Shown here one piece after another: positions 57,101 to 64,000 of a stretch of DNA of 64,000 nt (the stretch's first letter is position 1; each line of letters opens with the position of its first letter). The notes under the pieces were generated by a model. That model saw nothing but the letters and a program-made list of their open reading frames with translations, was not told the DNA's origin and did not search any database. This DNA comes from Roseibacillus sp. Lineage in GTDB: Bacteria; Verrucomicrobiota; Verrucomicrobiia; Verrucomicrobiales; Akkermansiaceae. The stretch covers positions 1,504,001 through 1,568,000 of the forward strand of contig JBPOGI010000001.1 in NCBI GenBank assembly GCA_051251855.1, in the 5' to 3' direction. The position numbers and the translations under genes were made by a program.

Positions 57101-57820
57101 ATGATTCCTCACCACTCCCTCCTCGCCCTTCTGTTTTTCCTGTCTTTCCTAGCTTTTTCACAAGGGCAGGAACAAACGGTGAAGACAGAAATCTTAACGC
57201 TGAGCTTCGGTAAGAGCCTGCCAGAATGCTATATTCTCAACGGCAACAAGACGGAGAAAATTTCCATCATTCCCCAGCGACTGAGCGTTCCCCTAAAATA
57301 CAGCGGTTCGTCCAAGCTCCACTTCTTTGCAAGTGAAGAAGAAGCTAAGGCTTCCAGACTGGCAAATAGCACCAGCGAACCTCTCGCCACTTTCGACATT
57401 CCGAGTTCAGGCGATCAAACACTTCTCGTTCTTGATTTTTCCAACAAAGAAGTGAAAACAGAAGGAGAAGAAGAGGTGCCAGTGCCCGTGGCGAAAGCCT
57501 TTCCCATTTCCAACAAGGATTTTAAAGTTGGTGATTATCTCGTTTTCAATTTCTCCGAGAAAGACGTCCACCTTTATCTGGGCGAGTTGGAACTCGAGTT
57601 GGCCGGCGGCGAAAATGGGACCATCAGTGATGCTACCCTTCGCAAAGAAAGCTCTGACCTTACCGTACGTCTTCAAACTGAGGTCATGGAAGAAGCACGT
57701 GACGTCTACTCGTCTATATGGGGGCACCGAAACATTCAGCGTAACTTTCTCTTCATTCTTGATCGGGACGATAAATTTCGCCCTCTCAACCTCCGCAAAT
57801 ACAGCGACGTCCCCTCCTAA
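57101..57820 (+). CDS. Exported protein paralogous to the pilin-cassette partner (orphan copy)
   Basis: Signal peptide; VKTEIL, GDYLVFNFS, VYSSIWGHR, RPLNLRKYSDVP. Confidence 0.8.
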   Translation: MIPHHSLLALLFFLSFLAFSQGQEQTVKTEILTLSFGKSLPECYILNGNKTEKISIIPQRLSVPLKYSGSSKLHFFASEEEAKASRLANSTSEPLATFDIPSSGDQTLLVLDFSNKEVKTEGEEEVPVPVAKAFPISNKDFKVGDYLVFNFSEKDVHLYLGELELELAGGENGTISDATLRKESSDLTVRLQTEVMEEARDVYSSIWGHRNIQRNFLFILDRDDKFRPLNLRKYSDVPS

Positions 57821-58033
57821 ACTGGTTATCGCTGACTTCAGCCAGCTATCAGGAGATTGACCGAAACAACAACCCCGATGAAGGAACGACTCAAATCACG
57901 ATTCAATTAAGCGAGGCTATCGGCGATCAGAGTCAACAATTTTACCGAGCCAGCTGGCAGTTAGAATAACCGCAGTTCGCCCACCCCCCTACCGAGTGAG
58001 GGCGCGAGAATTTTTGGCCTCAAAGAGAAGAAA

Positions 58034-59905
58034 TTACATCTCAACTTGATAGACTCTGTTCGTCTCCTCAACTTCCGCTGTAAAAACCTCACCATTACTG
58101 AGTTTCACTTTCACCGTGACGGGCCCTTTGTGTTTGCCCAGACCAAAATGAAGATAGCGATTGAAGCTTCGCGAATAAGGTGCTCCTCCAGTTCCACAAC
58201 GTTTAGTTTGAGTGCTCTCGCCCGCTTTGACCGAGACGAGTGCTCCGAGGCGAGTCGCCTCCCCCGCCACCGGATTGCCCAAATCTACCAGCAGATAGGA
58301 TCCCTTTGCGAGTCGTTGGTTGCGGAAAAGATGCCACTTACCCCGCTCGTTGCCAAGAATGGCATCAACTTTACCATCTAGATTGTAATCCAAGGGTTCG
58401 ACCCCCATGCCAATTGCAGCGAGTTCAGGGGCCACAATACCATGATTCTTCGACCGTCGGAAAGAACCGTCACCATTGTTTAACCAAAGAACAGACTCGT
58501 TAGACGTAACGAGGTCACCCCGGCAGGCAACAAGAATATCTTCAAAGCCGTTGTTGTCGAAATCCGCCACCGCCGCGCCAGTGGAGTGCTCCTCGCTCAC
58601 GATACCAGCAGACTGAGTAACATCCACGAAGCGACCCTCTTGGTTTTCCAACAAGATATCACGAGGACCACGTTTCTTCTCGTTCACGGAGGGATTCTTG
58701 ACCCCTTTCACCACCGCAGTCATTGGACTCCAGCTTTCCCCTTGAAGTCGCCATTTCTGATTTCCGACATAGCCGATGTAGAGACCCTTCTCAATTTGAG
58801 TATCAGGCCAACCGAGAGTGTCGCTGTTCACGAAACGAATATCCTTCCCCGAATGAGTCTCACCAGGAAAGGAATAAGAGAGACCTGGCTCTCCGGTAAA
58901 GACCTTCATATCCGGCCAAGGGGTGAGAAAGTTCTCCATTTCAAGGACCTCACCCACTTCCAGGTCTTCAGAGCGCCACCTCTGCCGTTTGTTGAAAAAG
59001 CCCCAAGTTTCACTAGATGGATCGTAGAAGGTGTCGCCCGCCTCCATCTCCTCCCCGCGGCTCAAAAAGAGATCGAAGTCGCCATCATTGTCATAGTCGA
59101 GTTCGACCGCCCCAGTGACCCCCTCGATAGAACCGGGAAAGATGGCCTTACCCACTTCTCTAAAAGTGACATCTCCCTGACCGGCGAATGCTCGCAATGC
59201 CCCGTGACCATACATCACGATGTCTTCAGTTCCATCATTCTGAAAATCGGTCACGAGCACCTTTTGCCCGTCCTTATACGAGAGCGGAAGAGGAGTATGG
59301 GGAGTGAGGGTGCCGCTCGCATTGAGGCGAACGTAGTTCTCACTTTGACCCCGCCGCTCTGCAGAAGGAAAGGCCAGATTGAGAAGATCCAGATCACCGT
59401 CATTGTCACCGTCGAAAAAGGTAACCGTCCGACCTCGCATTCCTTCCAAGGGAACATCCAACTCAGGCAAGCGGGTAAAACTGCGATCTTTGCCCACCCG
59501 ATAAATCATCGCATTCCGTGCGTTCGCTCCTGCCCCGCCACCGCGAGAAACAACTACCTCGTGCAGCCCGTCCTGATCGTAGTCGCCGATTGTGATCCCA
59601 TGCAGATCACCCATAACGAGATCCCACGGCTCAGCGAATCGACCCTTGTTATTCCACATAATCTGGATGGCATAACCATGCTCATTGATAATGAGGTCCG
59701 GCCAACCGTCTTGGTCCAAATCTGCTACGTTCGGACCCTCCCATTTTCTCAGGTTCTTATCCACGCGAGGAAAATCCCTCGAGCTGACTCCAACAAATCC
59801 CGAGGGTTCCCCGGAAGCATTTTCATTCAACTTTGAATAGACTGTCACCGCAGTGAAAATGCCGCAGGAACACGCGAGGATCAAAGGGAGGGAAACAAAT
59901 TTCAT
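58034..59905 (-). CDS. FG-GAP/VCBS repeat protein with ASPIC/UnbV domain, copy 2 (start 59905 or 59917)
   Basis: DxDxDG repeats and LHFGLG; colinear homology with 47825..49711. Confidence 0.85.
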   Translation of the reverse strand: MKFVSLPLILACSCGIFTAVTVYSKLNENASGEPSGFVGVSSRDFPRVDKNLRKWEGPNVADLDQDGWPDLIINEHGYAIQIMWNNKGRFAEPWDLVMGDLHGITIGDYDQDGLHEVVVSRGGGAGANARNAMIYRVGKDRSFTRLPELDVPLEGMRGRTVTFFDGDNDGDLDLLNLAFPSAERRGQSENYVRLNASGTLTPHTPLPLSYKDGQKVLVTDFQNDGTEDIVMYGHGALRAFAGQGDVTFREVGKAIFPGSIEGVTGAVELDYDNDGDFDLFLSRGEEMEAGDTFYDPSSETWGFFNKRQRWRSEDLEVGEVLEMENFLTPWPDMKVFTGEPGLSYSFPGETHSGKDIRFVNSDTLGWPDTQIEKGLYIGYVGNQKWRLQGESWSPMTAVVKGVKNPSVNEKKRGPRDILLENQEGRFVDVTQSAGIVSEEHSTGAAVADFDNNGFEDILVACRGDLVTSNESVLWLNNGDGSFRRSKNHGIVAPELAAIGMGVEPLDYNLDGKVDAILGNERGKWHLFRNQRLAKGSYLLVDLGNPVAGEATRLGALVSVKAGESTQTKRCGTGGAPYSRSFNRYLHFGLGKHKGPVTVKVKLSNGEVFTAEVEETNRVYQVEM

Positions 59906-60012
59906 AAGGTCGTTCATTCTCGCGGAAGAAACTCTCACGCCCTCTCACACAAGATCGACGTGAGGCAAGACCGCCTTCTACCCAATACTGCCACCTAGCG
60001 GCCCATTCTAAC

Positions 60013-60504
60013 TTGAATAGCCCAAAGAGACCCCAGCTTTTAACCTTAAGCGTTAGGAACCCAAACACTCGGCAGTCTTTCATCCGAGGCAGTTGTGGTT
60101 TCAAGGGATTTGTCGATCTCATCCCCAAGCCGGTGATCGATTCCGATTTGGAACGGCTTCCATGGCCCGAGCGATCAGCTGAAGTGGTTCGTCACGCTCT
60201 CCTGAGCGCCGAATACTGGCTCAGCCGCAGTGGCTGGCTCCGTGAATGGATTCGATTCAACCTGTGGCTGGCCGTTGTCCTAATCGTCAGCGCCGTCCTG
60301 ATCGTCCCACCCGTGACGGCCCTGCTAGAGGGCGTCAGGGATTGGAGCGGGCTGGTCAGCGTGACCTTAGTCAATGTGAATACTGCGGTCGCAGGGTTAC
60401 CCCCAATCGTCTTGGCACTCGTCACTGCCTTCTTGGTAGTGAAGCTGTTCAAACGATACTTCGAAAACCGTCACCCCCAACGCCACCACCCCTACAACAA
60501 CTAA
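60013..60504 (+). CDS. Hypothetical membrane protein, possibly 5'-degraded
   Basis: Two hydrophobic helices after PWPERSAEV...WLREWIRFN. TTG start is uncertain. Followed by a strong terminator. Confidence 0.55.
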   Translation: MNSPKRPQLLTLSVRNPNTRQSFIRGSCGFKGFVDLIPKPVIDSDLERLPWPERSAEVVRHALLSAEYWLSRSGWLREWIRFNLWLAVVLIVSAVLIVPPVTALLEGVRDWSGLVSVTLVNVNTAVAGLPPIVLALVTAFLVVKLFKRYFENRHPQRHHPYNN

Positions 60505-60518
60505 GAGAGAATCCCCAA

Positions 60519-60560
60519 GGACCCGTCCCCGGCTTCACGGCCGGGGGCTGGTCTTTTTTT
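60519..60560 (+). terminator. Rho-independent terminator
   Basis: GGACC..CCCCGGC-ttcacg-GCCGGGG..GGTC followed by T7. Confidence 0.85.
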
Positions 60561-61114
60561 AGCTATCAGTGAGTCAGATTAGTTTGCAGCGATTTCCTGT
60601 AATTATACACTTTGCTGGGGTGCCTGTCTCAGCAGTAGCTCGACCTTTCCGAATTGGGATCGTCGACCCTCTTCCAGAATATGTACAGCCTGGGGAAGTA
60701 TTTCAGAGGTCAAATCCCACCGTAGTCTTGACGCAATCTCGACCAGTTAGTTTTATTTACCTACCTAAGGCAACTTGTAACAAACACAATAAAAGCGACT
60801 TGAGATCACATCAAGACCCGGCGCGTCAGCCAGTCAAACCAGATTACCAAAATTTTCTAAAAACAGAAAAATGGGGGCTGTTAATCTCAACGGCCACCGG
60901 GGTCACAGACACTGCGTGAAACTGGTAGCTGCCGCACTGTGAGAAATACCTCGTTCAAGCTCCGCATCAACATGCAGGAGGACAAGGGAGAATCTGGTTG
61001 AAGGACATCTCGAGCACCCAAAATTCATGCCCGTTTGTTTGAAAAGTGTTTGAATCACCACAAAGGGAATCAGGGTAACATCACAACTCACTGAAAACAA
61101 GTGATTTGAAAAAG

Positions 61115-61469
61115 TGGAGGCGAGGGGGATCGAACCCCTGTCCTAGATGCCTTTCTTGCAAGCGTCTACATGTGTAGCGTGACGTTTCTGTTTTAAGAAA
61201 TCCGAGCCTCATCGCGCCCGTTCGGAAATCCGATGTTCCTGTTGTGTCTCACTGTTTTGTCCGGAACCCCGACGCTACAGCCAGTCTGCTAAGTAGTCGC
61301 CCCGCACCCTAACAGACATCAGGATTGGGACGTTGCCGTCAATTAAGCAGCAAGTGCGAGCTCGTTAGAGTCTGCAATTATGTTTTTGGGCGGCTTTTTA
61401 AGAGGCCAACCGACCAACCTCTACATGCAGCCAGCGATTCCAACATCCAGTCGAAGCCATGGCGCCCCC
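61115..61469 (-). ncRNA. ssrA: tmRNA
   Basis: 5' GGGGGCG pairs with 3' CGCCTCC-A and includes the G3-U alanine determinant. T arm AGGGGTTCGATCCCCT. Tag reading frame 61375-61343 encodes ADSNELALAA*. Length 355 nt. Confidence 0.97.
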
Positions 61470-61505
61470 TATTTGGGTTACCCATAGGATGCACTACAAC
61501 GGATT

Positions 61506-62636
61506 TTATTCAAGCGAATCCGCATAAACTGCGCGAACCAGTCCCAGACCCCTTTCACCCGGAAAAAGCCCCAGCTCCATCTGGTTCATGGTGTAGGCAA
61601 AAGAAAGCCCCGTCACCGGATCACAAAAGGCATGGCTTCCCCCCGCGCCCGGATGACCGAATGCCTCTGGGTTGGGACCAAAAAGCTGGCGCAACTTTTG
61701 TCCATCGTTCCCCACAGGATCGAACATCATTCCAGCTCCAAAAGATGTTTCCAACTGCAACACTTGGTCTGGCCCTTGCAATAAACGCTCCCTCAAAATC
61801 TCTCGTATCTCAAGAGGAAGAACCTCCTGCTCAGTCTCCCCCAGCACAGCCTGATAAAAGTGTGCTAAGGCCTGGGCTGTCCCCACTCCGCCAAAGGCCG
61901 GATATCCGCCCGCCCATGCCGCGGAATCATTCATCTCACTCGCCGACTGATACCCCTTCAAAGATCCAAACGCGCGCCGCGCCAAACTCCCCTCGGTCTG
62001 CATCGCCTCGTAGAACGCCTTCTCTTCCTTCCGAATCACATAACGTCCCGGATATAATGTCGCAACCCGATCAAACTCTTCCTGGGGTAAACCAATCCAA
62101 AAATCCAGTCCCAGCGGTTCCGCAATCCACGTCCGCCAGCATTCCCCCAGTCGCCTCTCCAACAAACGTTCACAAAGCTCATCCAACAGGAATCCAATCG
62201 AACGTGCGTGATAGCCGTGCTCCATCCCCGGCTCCCAAAATGGTTCCGTCGCCACCAAAGCACGAACCACTTCTTTCCGCTCTGCAACATCGACCACTCC
62301 AGCCACCCCTGGCAAACCTGCTCGATGCGACAGCAACTCCACAAAAGTGAGATCCCCCACTTTCAATTCAGGCCAAACCCGCCGCACCAGGTCATCTGAC
62401 GTCAGCCCAGCCTCTCGCAGCACCAGCAGGAACGTCGCCGCCGCTAGCCCCTTGGACACGGAATAGACCGGTACTAAAGTATCCTTGGTCCAAGGACGCA
62501 CCTCATCCCTCTCACACCACCCTCGCGAAAAACTCGCCACTTCACGCCCGTTCTGCCAGACCGAAACCGAAGCCCCCATCTCACCTCGCTCGGTAAAATT
62601 ACGGTCAAAAGCTTCTTTTAAACGCGCGCTCAACAT
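61506..62636 (-). CDS. Beta-lactamase-family serine hydrolase (EstA/EstB-like esterase)
   Basis: SxxK (SVSK), LLSHRAGL, HGYH, FGHPGAGGS. Confidence 0.92.
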   Translation of the reverse strand: MLSARLKEAFDRNFTERGEMGASVSVWQNGREVASFSRGWCERDEVRPWTKDTLVPVYSVSKGLAAATFLLVLREAGLTSDDLVRRVWPELKVGDLTFVELLSHRAGLPGVAGVVDVAERKEVVRALVATEPFWEPGMEHGYHARSIGFLLDELCERLLERRLGECWRTWIAEPLGLDFWIGLPQEEFDRVATLYPGRYVIRKEEKAFYEAMQTEGSLARRAFGSLKGYQSASEMNDSAAWAGGYPAFGGVGTAQALAHFYQAVLGETEQEVLPLEIREILRERLLQGPDQVLQLETSFGAGMMFDPVGNDGQKLRQLFGPNPEAFGHPGAGGSHAFCDPVTGLSFAYTMNQMELGLFPGERGLGLVRAVYADSLE

Positions 62637-62814
62637 ACCTTCGGAATACTCCCCGCCTCCACGTTCCACAAAGGGAAAAGAGCGACAGGCGACAGGTTTC
62701 TAGAATCTGGGCAAATCTCAACCAGCTTCGCAAGCTTCCCAGTCAATTCCTTGGAGCACTATTCTGTCCCATAAAAGTCTGGTCTCCCGATTCTGGATTC
62801 GGGACTCTCTTTCT

Positions 62815-63501
62815 ATGCCCACCGTTCTGCTCATCGAAGACGAGCCCGCAATCGCGGACACCATCCTCTACGCCCTGAGAACCGAAGGCTTCGATACCCA
62901 CTATGCCCAGACCGGACTCGACGGCATCGAGTGGCTTCAGCAGAACCCCTGCGATTTTCTCGTTCTCGACATCGGTCTACCCGATATTCTCGGCTTTGAC
63001 GTCTGTCGCCAGGTGCGCGAGTTCTCGCAAGTCCCCGTCCTTTTCCTCACCGCCCGCGCCTCCGAAATCGACCAAGTCCTCGGTCTTGAGCTCGGAGCCG
63101 ACGACTACGTTACAAAGCCCTTTTCCCCTCGTGCAGTCGTCGCTCGCATCCGAGCAATTCTGCGCCGGTCCAGCAGCGCCACAACCGCTCTTCAGGCTCC
63201 AGATGAACCCACAGGATTTCTCGAGCATGATGAGTCGGCAATGTCTATCCACTGCCTCGGAAAGCCTCTGAACCTAACCGCTCACGAATACAAAATCCTA
63301 GCTCTCTTTCTCCAACAACCTGGCCGCACCTTCACCCGTGATCAGATTCTCATGCAAGCTTGGGAAGACCCTGGCTCAGCGATGGACCGCACCATCGATG
63401 CTCACATCAAAACTCTCCGAGCAAAAATCCGCCAAGCCGCCCCAGACCAAGACGACCCTATCCAAACGCGTCGCGGCCTCGGCTATTGCTATGTCCATTA
63501 G
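62815..63501 (+). CDS. creB: OmpR-family response regulator, CreB-like
   Basis: LIEDEPAIADT, LDIGLPD, FLTAR, GADDYVTKPFS, DRTIDAHIKTLRAK. Confidence 0.82.
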   Translation: MPTVLLIEDEPAIADTILYALRTEGFDTHYAQTGLDGIEWLQQNPCDFLVLDIGLPDILGFDVCRQVREFSQVPVLFLTARASEIDQVLGLELGADDYVTKPFSPRAVVARIRAILRRSSSATTALQAPDEPTGFLEHDESAMSIHCLGKPLNLTAHEYKILALFLQQPGRTFTRDQILMQAWEDPGSAMDRTIDAHIKTLRAKIRQAAPDQDDPIQTRRGLGYCYVH

Positions 63502-64000
63502 CTCGCGAGAGACTCCTTGAGTTCCTGAACAATCTCCGATGCATCCTCGGTCAGCTTTTCGCGCTCCCGTTCGTCCACTTTCTTATCGGACTTTGCCTTC
63601 TCCTCAGCTGTCAGAAGTGCCGACTGCTTGCGCGTAATCGTCGACCGCTTTCCTTGACTGATTTTGTCCGAGACAATTCCGAACCAGAGCAACTCTTGAG
63701 CGTCAACCTGTTGACGATTCACTTGCAGAGTGGCCGTCGCCGCATCTAACACTCCATCAGCAGCAGCCATCGCTTTGGTCCGGAGACTCTCTAACTCACT
63801 CGCAACGCTGGCAGCACCTTGCTTCTGCCCCTTGAGAACGAGTTTGATATACTCTTGCCCAAAGTCCGCAAAATCCTTGTCTGACAGCCGCTCCTCTTGA
63901 GCAGCCAAAACGAGAAACTGATAAAAATCTCGCGAAGCCCCCTCAGCACCATTCTCGCCGGGTATCTTGAGCGCACCCGACTCCAAGACCACCTTCTTCC
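63498..64000 (-). CDS. Hypothetical helical protein, 3' part (runs off the window)
   Basis: Frame is open to the window edge, the sequence is coiled-coil-like, and the stop overlaps the creB-like stop. Confidence 0.6.
   Translation of the reverse strand, partial: KKVVLESGALKIPGENGAEGASRDFYQFLVLAAQEERLSDKDFADFGQEYIKLVLKGQKQGAASVASELESLRTKAMAAADGVLDAATATLQVNRQQVDAQELLWFGIVSDKISQGKRSTITRKQSALLTAEEKAKSDKKVDEREREKLTEDASEIVQELKESLAS

Noticed and set aside
60569..60919. 116-aa ORF near tmRNA, and a possible integrase remnant
   Set aside because: No recognisable motifs and no tyrosine- or serine-recombinase signature seen.
61115..61145. tRNA-like 3' end (T arm plus acceptor stem)
   Set aside because: It is the tRNA-like domain of tmRNA. 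The matching 5' strand is about 350 nt away and a tag ORF lies in between.
61325..62350. 341-aa plus-strand ORF
   Set aside because: Pro-rich antisense shadow of the serine hydrolase and tmRNA, with no motifs.
1..64000. CRISPR arrays, rRNA, IS/transposase, prophage, defence systems
   Set aside because: No regularly spaced repeats or diagnostic protein motifs seen.

Overview
This window looks like a Verrucomicrobiota chromosome segment, judging from three PEP-CTERM proteins, PilX/GspK-like giant proteins, a DUF1552/DUF1592 pair and a tmRNA tag of ADSNELALAA. About 60 kb is a red-algal galactan utilisation region, most likely for carrageenan. It carries GH110, a lambda-carrageenase-like GH150, GH50, GH16 and GH127 enzymes, seven Cys-type S1 sulfatases, two MFS sugar transporters, XylR- and AraC-type regulators and a four-gene anhydrogalactose catabolic operon. 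No SusC/SusD or TonB-dependent receptor is recognisable. Instead it holds two cassettes of a ~1200-aa pilin-leader protein plus a ~230-270-aa partner, a third orphan partner, two FG-GAP/ASPIC-UnbV paralogs, and two unnamed domain families each repeated three times on differently anchored surface proteins. A perfect 13-bp inverted repeat brackets the divergent promoter region between one cassette and the AraC gene. The region ends at a tmRNA gene, followed by housekeeping-like genes. All family assignments come from motif recognition by eye; no database search was run.
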